Source of the DNA: a virus
Taxonomy: Duplodnaviria > Caudoviricetes
DNA length: 64,000 nt
Virus record (IMG/VR): IMGVR_UViG_3300028048_003180
Coordinates: 32,001-96,000 of that record
Direction: 5' to 3' (one strand)
Shown here: piece after piece, positions 38,101 through 46,946 of the stretch
Numbering within the stretch: position 1 is the stretch's first letter
Layout: every line of letters begins with the position of its first letter
Program-made: the position numbers and the translations under genes
Notes under the pieces: generated by a model
The model's input: only the letters and a program-made list of their open reading frames with translations
Told to the model about the DNA's origin: nothing
Databases searched by the model: none

Positions 38101-38999
38101 GGAGAAAAATCAAAGCTATAGGATTTTTCAGGAAAAACATTCATATTTCTTGAAACGCATACATAATCATCACAAGATATGTCTTTTAATTTTTTGAATT
38201 CAAAAGTACAGTTAGGAGTAAAAATTAAAACAGGATGTTCAGGAGTTCCTTCTATTTCCATCCCTAATGAATTTGTGATTTTTATAGTCTCATTTACTTC
38301 TTCTGAATAAAAATGAGAGCTTTCTGCAAAAACATCATTTGCAGAAAGTAATTCCTTGTTAAAGTTTTGAAATCCTCTTATCTTATTGTCATAAGAACCT
38401 ATTGTTTCAAAACCTTTTTTAGAAAGTATTAAAGTCTCTCCTGTTACACACTTCCCGCGTCCGCACTGACCCGCGAGCGCAACTACGCCAGGAACGAAAT
38501 TCCTCAAGTCCAGTGTGAACTCATCCCTTCCAGTCCCCTCCTTTATTCCTATGCTCCCCATGAGTTTTACCTCAAGAAGCGTGAAGGTGTGGTGGGGTGC
38601 AGCGTACTTAATGCTGAGGCTGTCCTCTATCTCCTTGAGCTTGGAGTATACAGTGTCACTGGCCTTGAGCTTGTTGACCTTTATATATTCGGAGAGCTTC
38701 TCTGCCTGTGTCTTTGCCCTGATTATTTCAGGAGCCCTTACATGGGCGGAGTCCTTTACGTCGTATACAACCTTGACTGACTTTACGGCATCGTTTTTTC
38801 TCAATGCGGCAGAAATCGTCTGATAGGGAATGTTTTTCTTCTGCTCTGCCGTGCAGGACAAAAGAAGCTTGATGTTCCTCTCTGTCTTGTCTGACATTTG
38901 TGATTCCGTCCAGCTGTCAAGGATTCCCTGATTTTCTGTTATGTCAACAGTGTAATTCCTGAATACCGGGAATCCAAGTTCTATTTCCTTTATGTCCAT
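35181..38999 (-). CDS. sbcC: SbcC/Rad50-like ATPase containing an intein
   Basis: Walker A GQCGRGK|S, coiled coils, CPTCG zinc hook, SGGE signature, FLDETDGALD, ITH. Confidence 0.92.
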   Translation of the reverse strand: MDIKEIELGFPVFRNYTVDITENQGILDSWTESQMSDKTERNIKLLLSCTAEQKKNIPYQTISAALRKNDAVKSVKVVYDVKDSAHVRAPEIIRAKTQAEKLSEYIKVNKLKASDTVYSKLKEIEDSLSIKYAAPHHTFTLLEVKLMGSIGIKEGTGRDEFTLDLRNFVPGVVALAGQCGRGKCVTGETLILSKKGFETIGSYDNKIRGFQNFNKELLSANDVFAESSHFYSEEVNETIKITNSLGMEIEGTPEHPVLIFTPNCTFEFKKLKDISCDDYVCVSRNMNVFPEKSYSFDFSPFMWRSTNKVNLPTKMSIQLAKFLGYYIANGSHTGNSIQFSTKNKKIADDYIKTVKSLFNINISKPTNLQKDSNLRIFSSVIRQFLEYIFNEALTTARYKIIPNCILQGTKEEQVAFLTALFDCDGCLCNDYFEFSTASKQIANSVQNMLLNFGIVSTHGLKKVKSYDWIYHKIVVRSLNVENLICLINKSLKYNYKRTKDVNPNKDIIPYINPYIRKKLTVLHNGHFHSENGKIYITPLPSRLFQKKYNISYKKLELLKSLSDNSEIPEVKELNSLFKLILSKNYFFSKITKKEVFNDKKIVYDFTIPSTHQFYSSGYISHNSTLIENCQPYLRMLTRNGRLQDHFFLRDSYRELLYVDEGGTYYRIRIDIDGKNKSGKVKAFAFTGENPDNLNPVDGLDGNVDQYNEWVVNTFGSIELFLRTVFYTKGNTGSVTDIASATKGEKKSFFNSLLGTESASEISAASREKSKELKAKITEKETLIDDSDYDAMIKEVLAHGKEVDKRIKVLRDEIKKLNAELDGLKKTDSGTDVDSKIREKESQLLETKGLLATYTSKKENFGKYEKIKPLLEKADSIRNRISERQPLLDANREEVRSLEAKEKEAYTNLADAKADVTAKRNLVTDIADTCPTCGQKLPAEKVAELEKQAVKNRKALEKAESMLLAAQEAHDLIAKELADTNRGVKWLERENEKDEKEISELGIPDEASLLKMEAESTDLNALNEYLSVYTKKTSTLEKELSQLKKQKEGLGPDVAGKMKSVEDSLTSAEGELQELLVESGKITQEAAQLKEAKETNEQLKEERETLVHEQTEWEFLERAFGANGIQALELEAAAPDVADITNRILESAYGDKFKISFQTLRKGSTGAYIEVFDILVENTETSVTRPLEWVSGGEGTWIKEALYHAFSIIRSRSQSAGFRTRFLDETDGALDHDSKLKYLKMIETVHEEGGADKTVLITHSQELKDIITQRIEL
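37134..38450 (-). mobile_element. Intein with LAGLIDADG homing endonuclease (439 aa)
   Basis: Begins CVTGET, TPEHP block B, FLGYYIANG / FLTALFDCDG, ends VYDFTI...ISHN before Ser; AT-rich island. Confidence 0.95.
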
Positions 39000-39256
39000 A
39001 GATCTCCTTCTTCAGCCTTTATAGTCCTCGCTATCACTGACACCATGTTGAGTCCTGCCCTTTTGTCTGAGCAGGTAACTGACACTGGGAAGCGATACAG
39101 CTTTTTCTTTCCTTGATACAACAGGGAGTAATGTTTCCTCCCGAACTCTACTTGAAAGCCAAGCTTTGAAAGCACCTGGCAAGCTTTCTTGTTCATAATG
39201 AATCCTGAGTTCTTGAGTATAGGCTTGAGTTCAGCCTTTAATTCAGTTATCGTCAT
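38990..39256 (-). CDS. Small basic protein, possible HicA-like fold
   Basis: L.KLGF....GRKHY.L.Y......S.T.SD.RAG.N pattern. Confidence 0.5.
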   Translation of the reverse strand: MTITELKAELKPILKNSGFIMNKKACQVLSKLGFQVEFGRKHYSLLYQGKKKLYRFPVSVTCSDKRAGLNMVSVIARTIKAEEGDLWT

Positions 39257-39265
39257 AAAAATCTC

Positions 39266-39988
39266 CTATAAAGTTACTTCTATCCAACCTCCGCAGTGCG
39301 TCTCCCCGAAGTTCTTCGGAGGCACTGAGCCGGAGTACCAGCACGGGGTTTTCAACCCCTTCACTTTCATCCTTCCGTGTATGTGTCCGCAGGCTATGTA
39401 GTCAGCCTCCATACTGTCGAGTACGGAGAGCGGCATTACCGTTCCGCCGTCCCCTACTTCCACACCGTTCTGGTAGGTACACCCTTCTATCTCGCCGTGG
39501 AACATTACTATGTGATGCTTTTCACCGTTATCCTTCTTTGAGCCTTCAGCTATATCCTTGTACCACTTCTGGATCTGGGAGTGTTTCTCCTCAATATCCT
39601 TTCCGCTGAAAAAGGACAGCCTTGGCTCAGGGATGACAGTCAGTTTTACATCGGGAAAAATAAGGTAGCTTCCGGCATCCTTACAGTCATAGACTTTTAC
39701 ATTGGGCATTATGGAGAAGCACTCAAGGGAGCCGTCCGCCTCATGCGTCGGGGTTCCGTATATCATGTAGCACTCCACGACCTCCTGCAAGTCAAAGAAA
39801 GCCCTGAGTATGCGGTTGAACCCGCTCTGTGCGGAGTTTGAGATGGTGAAGTCCCAGAAGTCTCCGGCAAAGAGGATGAAGTCCACACCACCCTCAAGGC
39901 ATCTTTCCTTGAGGGTGGTGAGCACCTTGAGGGTTTCCTCAAGGCGTGATGTGGAAGCATGTATGTCAGCTATGTGTATGAACGTCAT
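39266..39988 (-). CDS. sbcD: SbcD/Mre11-like metallophosphoesterase (nuclease domain only)
   Basis: HIADIH, AGDFWD, GTPTHE, FHG, CGHIH, YSGS....FGE. Confidence 0.9.
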   Translation of the reverse strand: MTFIHIADIHASTSRLEETLKVLTTLKERCLEGGVDFILFAGDFWDFTISNSAQSGFNRILRAFFDLQEVVECYMIYGTPTHEADGSLECFSIMPNVKVYDCKDAGSYLIFPDVKLTVIPEPRLSFFSGKDIEEKHSQIQKWYKDIAEGSKKDNGEKHHIVMFHGEIEGCTYQNGVEVGDGGTVMPLSVLDSMEADYIACGHIHGRMKVKGLKTPCWYSGSVPPKNFGETHCGGWIEVTL

Positions 39989-39992
39989 TCAA

Positions 39993-40370
39993 CTACCCCA
40001 TGAGGTAATAATAATTGCCGTCAACTTTTATGAGCCGTCCCCTTATTTCGTAATTGCAGAGGAAGGCTTTCAGCGAGCTTGCGTCAAGTATCTCATCCTC
40101 AATCATCACATGGAGTGTCTGTCCGAAGTCTATGCACTTTTCTTCGCTGTCAAAGATAAAGAGCAGAGGTATGTTGTCGTCGCTGTCACCAATCATCAGC
40201 AGGTACATCCCGTTGTTTATTGTGGCCTGTACAACAACAGTTGTCTCATGTCTTTTTCCTGGCTGGACAATCTTTGACGGCCATGACTTTATAACCTTTA
40301 CAGGGTCACAGAAACAGACGATTCCAGCCAACAAAATAACGATTAGTGCTATAAGCTTTTTCATTTGCAA
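39993..40370 (-). CDS. Hypothetical exported/membrane-anchored protein
   Basis: MKKLIALIVILLAGIVCFC signal-like N-terminus. Confidence 0.55.
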   Translation of the reverse strand: MQMKKLIALIVILLAGIVCFCDPVKVIKSWPSKIVQPGKRHETTVVVQATINNGMYLLMIGDSDDNIPLLFIFDSEEKCIDFGQTLHVMIEDEILDASSLKAFLCNYEIRGRLIKVDGNYYYLMG

Positions 40371-40381
40371 CCTCCTTTTGC

Positions 40382-40579
40382 TTAGGCAGCTCCGGCTTCC
40401 TTAAGCCCCTTCTCTGCAAGCAATGACCTTACGAGGTCGATTGTCTTGGCCATCTGTTCGGTTGATTTTTCTGGGGTGTCGTACTCGCAGGTGATGTCAT
40501 ACTGTGCGGCACCCTTTGCATTGAGGCTGATGTTGATTCTTGTGCGTGTGTTGTTCTCAGTTACCTTTGTTTCTTCCAT
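40382..40579 (-). CDS. Hypothetical protein
   Basis: RBS AAGGAG, in operon. Confidence 0.6.
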   Translation of the reverse strand: MEETKVTENNTRTRINISLNAKGAAQYDITCEYDTPEKSTEQMAKTIDLVRSLLAEKGLKEAGAA

Positions 40580-40591
40580 ATTTTTTACTCC

Positions 40592-41269
40592 TTATGAAGC
40601 TTTTTTGCCCTTGCAGGCTTCGATATATTTCTGGATTTTTTCCAAGTCATTGTCCTTGATGGCCTGTTCAGCCCCGGCCTTCATCTTCGGGCGGTCGTCA
40701 AGAGCACCGTCCTTAAGGAACTTCTGAAGGTCGATTATTGCCTGTGTGCCTCCTTCTACCTGTAGCGGTGTCCCGGCGGGGAGTGCCCATGCAGGGAGTG
40801 CGGGAGGGTCCCACTTGAAGTATTTCTTGTCCTTTGTCTGGCCAGTGTACTTTCCTTTTTTTCCGTCAGGAGCGATGACTGCCCATGATTCCTTGAGGTT
40901 ATACAGATAGCGGCCTATGCCGTAGAGTACAGCACTTCTCTTGATGGCTCCTGAAATTCCGCCCTTTACGGCCTCAATGTCAGTGCTGTCTGCGCCGTCA
41001 GTGCGGGAGATCCACTCAAATGAGCCGTCCTCGTGCTGAACCCGGATGGAGAGCGTACAAAGATATGCGTCGCCTTCCTTGCGGATTGACGTTTGCCAGC
41101 CGTCAGGACCGCAGACTTCATCAAGCCTGTCCTGCACAGCCCTTGAGGTGATGTATGCCAATGCCTTTCCCCAGAGCTTGCCGTCTTTCTCACCGCAACT
41201 CTGCAAACGCCAATCAATGTCGTCGGCAGGAAACGGTTCCTTCAGTTTTGCCATGTCTTCAACTTTCAT
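40592..41269 (-). CDS. Rad52/Rad22-family (Sak-like) single-strand annealing protein
   Basis: L..PF...DI.WR, LAYI.SRAVQDRLD.V.G...W, KGGISGA.KR.AV.YGIGRYLY. Confidence 0.92.
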   Translation of the reverse strand: MKVEDMAKLKEPFPADDIDWRLQSCGEKDGKLWGKALAYITSRAVQDRLDEVCGPDGWQTSIRKEGDAYLCTLSIRVQHEDGSFEWISRTDGADSTDIEAVKGGISGAIKRSAVLYGIGRYLYNLKESWAVIAPDGKKGKYTGQTKDKKYFKWDPPALPAWALPAGTPLQVEGGTQAIIDLQKFLKDGALDDRPKMKAGAEQAIKDNDLEKIQKYIEACKGKKAS

Positions 41270-41301
41270 CTTACACCTCCATCTACAACAGTAGAAATTC
41301 T

Positions 41302-41511
41302 TTACTCTTCAAAGAAAAAACCAGACATGTTCTTTGTCTGTTCGTCTGGTTTTTCCTTTTCCTCTTTAAGCTTTTCCTTGACTTTATTGAATATTTTGTC
41401 CATCTCGCCTTTCGGGAGGAACATAGCCGCCAACAGGAACGGGAATGTGAGCATGTCCGCCCCTGCTTTCATAAGCTTCTCCATTTCATCTTCTCTCTCC
41501 TTGTCCGTCAT
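41302..41511 (-). CDS. Hypothetical protein
   Basis: Start at MTDKER after AAGGAG. Confidence 0.5.
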   Translation of the reverse strand: MTDKEREDEMEKLMKAGADMLTFPFLLAAMFLPKGEMDKIFNKVKEKLKEEKEKPDEQTKNMSGFFFEE

Positions 41512-41513
41512 CA

Positions 41514-41825
41514 CTAGAACAACTCCTTGTCCTTGGCTTGGTTCCTGGGCTTCTTGTTGCTCCTGATGAACTTCTCTATGTCGCTCAGCTTGTAGAGCAC
41601 CCTTCTTCCCCATCTTACGCAAGGGATTGAGGGAGGAATTGATGAAACGGTCGGGCATTTGAGGTATTCCATAGTCTCCTCAGCCGTCATGTTTCTGTCG
41701 TTCATGTACCATGTAGTCAGGATTTCAATGTCGTTCAAGAGGTCCCTTACCGCATTTACGCGGTCAGAGATTTCCTTCTTGAAGTCCTCTTTTGTCGTGA
41801 AACTTAATTCTTCTGTATCTACCAT
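41514..41825 (-). CDS. Excisionase-type HTH protein
   Basis: MTAEETMEYL...IP....GRRVLY...DIEKFI; promoter TTGACT-17-TATACT at 41861-41833. Confidence 0.7.
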   Translation of the reverse strand: MVDTEELSFTTKEDFKKEISDRVNAVRDLLNDIEILTTWYMNDRNMTAEETMEYLKCPTVSSIPPSIPCVRWGRRVLYKLSDIEKFIRSNKKPRNQAKDKELF

Positions 41826-41916
41826 ACTTTATAGTATACAGAAGGTTTGTGAGATAGTCAAGAAAATACTTTATTAAATACAGATATTATTATATATTTT
41901 TTACTTTTTCTTTATG

Positions 41917-42846
41917 TTATTTCTTCCTCTTGAACATCTTGCCAAGTGAGTGCAGGGATATTGCAAGGCCAGCTGCATCAACTCCAGTCTGGAGGTGAGG
42001 AAGGTATCTCTTTCCTGCCTTCTTAGCCACGATATAGAACTTGGACTCGAAAGTGAGGTCGATAAAAATCAGTGTTCCGAACAGGATTGCCATTGCGGGA
42101 GCCATAAGAGGAAGGCCAATGAAGAAGCATGTTACGAACATTGAGCTTCCATCGGTTCCTTCTGTGCAGCAAATGCAAAGTATTGCAGACATCAGTAAGC
42201 ACGTTACTGCACAACCTGTTAACAGGTGTTTATTCTCAAACTCCTCTTCAAGCATATTCTTCTCAAAGTCATACTGACCAGAATCTACGTACAGGCGTTT
42301 GTCTACCTCAGCCTTATGCTCCTCCACTTCGTCAGGAGTGCGAAGCTTGCCTTCGTTGAATTTCCACTCAAGCTCCTCAAGGTCGAACACCGTTGTCGGT
42401 TTTGCCTCGATTATTTCATCATAGGCAGTTGCGAGCGCGAGGGCGTTTGAGTAGGTTGCATACCCCTCGTCCTCTGGGCGGGCCATGCCGCCCTTCTCCA
42501 TGTCCTCAAGCTCACCCCACAGCTTCATGCTCAGGCGGGATGCCTTACCTTTAAGGACTTCAAGGCGGACAGTGAAAGCCGGGTCACTTGATATATCCTT
42601 GTTTTCTGTCGAAGAGACTTTCGGCATCTTTAGCCAACCGACCCAGTTCTTTATGAATCTGTACACATACTGTGCAAGACATCCTAATATTACTAGCCAG
42701 TATATCCACGCAAGGATATACCCTATTGAGCCACCCAGAAACCTTCTGTGTATAAAGTTGGGAAAACCTATCGTTGAGACGCGCTCCCATATAGAGCCGC
42801 CAATATCACGAATACCATCAAGAACAATATCCAGGATTCCGTACAT
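41917..42846 (-). CDS. Membrane protein
   Basis: About three hydrophobic segments; RBS AAGGAGG. Confidence 0.65.
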   Translation of the reverse strand: MYGILDIVLDGIRDIGGSIWERVSTIGFPNFIHRRFLGGSIGYILAWIYWLVILGCLAQYVYRFIKNWVGWLKMPKVSSTENKDISSDPAFTVRLEVLKGKASRLSMKLWGELEDMEKGGMARPEDEGYATYSNALALATAYDEIIEAKPTTVFDLEELEWKFNEGKLRTPDEVEEHKAEVDKRLYVDSGQYDFEKNMLEEEFENKHLLTGCAVTCLLMSAILCICCTEGTDGSSMFVTCFFIGLPLMAPAMAILFGTLIFIDLTFESKFYIVAKKAGKRYLPHLQTGVDAAGLAISLHSLGKMFKRKK

Positions 42847-42861
42847 ATCAAACCTCCTTGA

Positions 42862-43218
42862 TTAACCGAACAACCTTTTCTTCAGACGTATGAGTTCAAT
42901 CAACCCGAATACTGCCGGAACGAAAAGCCAACTCGTAACTATTTTCCAAACAACACTTTCCACAAGCCATTGAATAGACATCCACATATCAGGAGTAAAG
43001 AGAGTGAACAAGCCGAACCAAGGACGCTTGTACCAGATTACGACAAGAACTATCATAACAGTCTTGAGTACAGGATTTATAAACGGATTCCAACTCCTTA
43101 GCTCCGTAGTGAACACTACCGGGGATGCTATGTCCACGAGCACCGTGACCACCTCCAAATAAATAAAGACTGCCGCAACGATTGCAAGCAGTCCCATTAT
43201 AAAGTTTATCAAAGGCAT
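42862..43218 (-). CDS. Small integral membrane protein
   Basis: Highly hydrophobic; RBS GGAGG. Confidence 0.6.
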   Translation of the reverse strand: MPLINFIMGLLAIVAAVFIYLEVVTVLVDIASPVVFTTELRSWNPFINPVLKTVMIVLVVIWYKRPWFGLFTLFTPDMWMSIQWLVESVVWKIVTSWLFVPAVFGLIELIRLKKRLFG

Positions 43219-45554
43219 AGGCTCCTCCTATTCGGTGTTCTCTACAATCTCAAAGGTGCAGTCCTTCCACTCCTTCGCCTCATTCGATTGAGTCCAGTTC
43301 TCGGCTTGTTCCCTTGAGTCGAAGAACATGTAGTTGTCACAGTCCGTTGTGGCCGTATTGTCATACCCTACATTGTAACTTTCAGGATAACCGTCGAGGC
43401 TGACCCTTGTGGCAATGACATAGAATTTCATATTTCCCCCTTTGTTTGTTACTGTTTAATACTGTTATTATATACCTTTTCCCTTGTGCTTTCAAGCTGC
43501 GTGTCCACAAGCCCCCTCACGTCATCCACAAGGCCGTCCATATAGGGCTCGTTTATCCCGAAGTGCCTGCACAGTTCCTTCATCATAAACGAACGCTTCC
43601 CCATTATGCTGTTCACTATTATGTAGTTGGCGATGCTCTCCGCAAGGAGGGTGTCTGACCTTGCCATGCCGTCAGCATAGCCGTCATTATACCCCTTGCG
43701 GTACATGGCATTTTCAAACTTTCCGTCCAGCATTTCAGCCCTCCTCTGGTTCATACATTCTTCCGACAATTTCCCAGTTCTTGATGAGATAAACTCCGTT
43801 GTCTCCGTTGTCGCAGTCAAGGCGGTCAAGGATGTCGATTCCTACGCCTGTTCCCTTGATACCTCCGTCTCCGTCAATATTGTTGGCGATTATCTGGCAC
43901 AGCCTTGCCCATCCATAGTTGTCATATTCCGGGTTCCTTACGCCAGCTTCCTTGGCTTCCTTGAGGAACCTCTCGATATCCTCCCTGTCTCCGTACCAGT
44001 GTACGTAGATTCCAATCTTGTTTCCTTTGAGTGTTCCGTCCTCATTGAGTGCGTCTGCCGTTGTGATTACTGCCCTGTTTCCCATGATTATTCCTCCTCT
44101 TTAGAGTTAAATAGTTTTTCTTCCAGCATTTCGTGGAATAAGTCTTCCATCCGTGTCTGCAAGTCACGTCTTTCGATGAAGCTGTAACTGCAAATCGCGT
44201 CCTTTACTTTTTCCTTGATTAAGGGTTCATATTCTTTGATTGCCTCGTTTAATATTTTCTTTCCTACGTTTTCTGAGCGGCTCCAAGCATCAGGTTCCTT
44301 GAACAACTCGTATTTAATAGTGCTTTCTTCTGAAACGAGATTCTTTACAGTGTCCTTTATCTTCTGTAAAGAATCTTCGCCTGTTGTTTCTTGTATTGCC
44401 TTGAAGATAAAATCATAACCAAGATTAGAAATAATCCTTCCTAATTCCGATTCATTACTGTACTTCTGACAAATACAGGCTCTAATTGCGCTTCTGCATT
44501 CCTCTTTAATTTCTTCTTCTGAAAGGTAATCGCTGATGTCTATATTGATATTCATCATTTTCCTCCTGCTTCAAAGCTTATTGAGATTAAGTTTTCGTTG
44601 TTAAATTCGTTGAATAAACTTAGCCTTGCAGATTTCTCGTTTATATACCAAGTGTCACGAATCGTTTGAGTTGCTGTATCTAGCCATGCGTATTCAGTCA
44701 CATCTGATGACTTTTTTATCAGAATGTACTCACTATGAAGTGCAAACCCTCCTTCCGGCCGCAACGTTGTTACTATAACTTTCATATCCTTCCTCCTGTG
44801 GCGATTTCAAATGCTGTAACGGACAGTTTGAATGAAGTGTCGATACCTTCAAGTTCCTCATTGTCTATATTCTCGACGTCAATCAGCTTCACGTAATCAG
44901 CTGTCCGTTCCAGAACTTTGCACTGCTCTCCGTCACAACAAAGTTTTAGACTGGAATAACCATCCTTGTATAAGTCGTAATAATCGTTCCCGTCAGGTGA
45001 CGGTTCTCGTCTTATGCAATGACTGTATCGTGTATACACCTCGTTGTCTTTGCACATACCTGTGTACAAACATTCAAACAACGTCTGCAAATCAAGACAG
45101 ACAATTTCTTCTTCCATACCGCACCTCCTTATACACATGCCTTTTTGAACGTCGCATTCACCACTTCCCATATCGCACAGGGCACTGACTCGCAGGCTGT
45201 GTTGACCTCAAGGAAGTTCGGCTCAACCCATTCCTGCGGCGTTCCCTTGTTGTAGATGTAGGACAGGACAACCTTCTCCTTCTTGTAGTCTATGTGGTCA
45301 ATCCCCATCCTTCTGTTCATTTTCTTTATAAGGTTGTCGAGAGCCTTCGTCTCTTCTTCTGTGAATCTTTCCATGTCATGCTCCGAATATGTAGTCAAAC
45401 GCCCTGTTGCTGTCTGCCCAGCACCAGTCATCCAGCTGCTCATAGCTCCACCCTTTATTGCTGCGGAGCCTTTCGAGTTCCTTCTCTGCAATCTTCCCCT
45501 GCTCAGCCGTCATTTCCATTCCGTCGAACAGGTTTTCAACTACGTCATGTATTG

Positions 45555-46391
45555 TCATACATCCTCCTTTGATAAGACAGTCTTTGCCTTTCCCTTCACT
45601 ATTGTAGAAGTGATGAACCTCACCTGCCCCTTACAGTTCACGTAGAAGTCAGAATTGTAATGCCTGAAATACCCGCTCCTGAAGTGGGGTCTTACGAATC
45701 CGTGCTCAACGGTCGTATGGGACACAACCTTCTCGCTCGTTGAAAGCGTCTTTGCGTTGTTGTCCCGCTTAACCCCGCTGGGAACTCCGTCAACTACACA
45801 CTCCGGGAATGCGTTGATGTAGAAGAAGAAGTTGATGACCGTATTGAACACCGAATCGTCCTTGTTTCTCTTAACGTCAAAGTCTTCAATGATGAATGCG
45901 TAGTTCATTTCGTCTGTCAGAACTGTTACGAAGTGCTTCGGCTTGCCCTCCCTAATAAACGTCTTGCAGATTATGGTGCAGGAAAAGCTCTGCCCAAGAA
46001 GCCCAGTTATCATTACCGAACCAGACTTCTCATTCAAAAGGTCGAAGAAGTCTGTTTTTAGCAATGAACTGACTTCCTTTTCCTTGACCTCAGTGTTCCT
46101 GAAGAACTCCAGCAGGCTGCCGTCCTTGATGTAGAACCTGCATATTCCTTGCCTTACGTCTTCCTTTAGGGCGAATACCTCCAGCCAATATTGAAGCCTC
46201 ATTACGTCATCCGGGTTTGTCGGTGCCTTAAAACCTTCGGACTCTCCAGTGGAGAATCCCCGGTCTTGAAGCATTTTCTCAAATGCGGAATCCTGCTTTT
46301 TGGCAATAGGCCAGCCGGGATGAGCTTTGTTTGCGGCCTTGTATTCCTTATTGAACTCTTTCGTCTGGATTGTCAGAATGTTCTTGTACAT
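45555..46391 (-). CDS. Phage hypothetical protein with C-terminal PHxRxGxxR motif
   Basis: VRPHFRSGYFRHY...FI....VKG. Confidence 0.65.
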   Translation of the reverse strand: MYKNILTIQTKEFNKEYKAANKAHPGWPIAKKQDSAFEKMLQDRGFSTGESEGFKAPTNPDDVMRLQYWLEVFALKEDVRQGICRFYIKDGSLLEFFRNTEVKEKEVSSLLKTDFFDLLNEKSGSVMITGLLGQSFSCTIICKTFIREGKPKHFVTVLTDEMNYAFIIEDFDVKRNKDDSVFNTVINFFFYINAFPECVVDGVPSGVKRDNNAKTLSTSEKVVSHTTVEHGFVRPHFRSGYFRHYNSDFYVNCKGQVRFITSTIVKGKAKTVLSKEDV

Positions 46392-46529
46392 TATTTCGAT
46401 TCTCCTTTACGTTCAGCGTCTCAATCCTGTACCTGTCCTCGTCACAGCAAGGGCAGTAGAACGGATATTCCTTAATCTTTGTTTCCCTTATTACGGGCTT
46501 GCCGCATACCTTGCAGATTCTGTGTGTTT

Positions 46530-46946
46530 TCATGCCGTCTCCTCCACAGCCCAGTTGTCGAACAGTCCGGGGTTTACATTCTTTGTGTCAATGTTGTGCT
46601 CCAGGAAAGAGAAGACCCTTCCCTTGTTCACTATCAAAGTGTCCACGTGGCAGATGCCTATGGCTTCACATCCCTGTGAAATCCTTTTTGCAATGTTGAT
46701 TTCGGAAGGAGAAGGTTCTACTGTATCTTCCTTGTGGATGAAGAACAGGATTAAACCAGATGCCTTTACTCTTGCTGCGTACCAGAAGAAATCCTTAAGT
46801 TTCAGCAGGCAGGAAGAATCTCCTTCGGCAATAACCGTCTGGCCTATGTTGTCCTTGTGGTTGTCAACGCAAATCAATCCAGCCTTAAACTTGTCACACT
46901 TATAATCCAACAGGTGCCAGAGTGCGTCGCCAGGTGAGTTTATCAT
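46530..46946 (-). CDS. Degenerate RadC-like JAB-domain protein
   Basis: INSP.D, A..LIL..H.....EPS..(E)I.....I......IGI..VD.LIV...SF. Confidence 0.65.
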   Translation of the reverse strand: MINSPGDALWHLLDYKCDKFKAGLICVDNHKDNIGQTVIAEGDSSCLLKLKDFFWYAARVKASGLILFFIHKEDTVEPSPSEINIAKRISQGCEAIGICHVDTLIVNKGRVFSFLEHNIDTKNVNPGLFDNWAVEETA

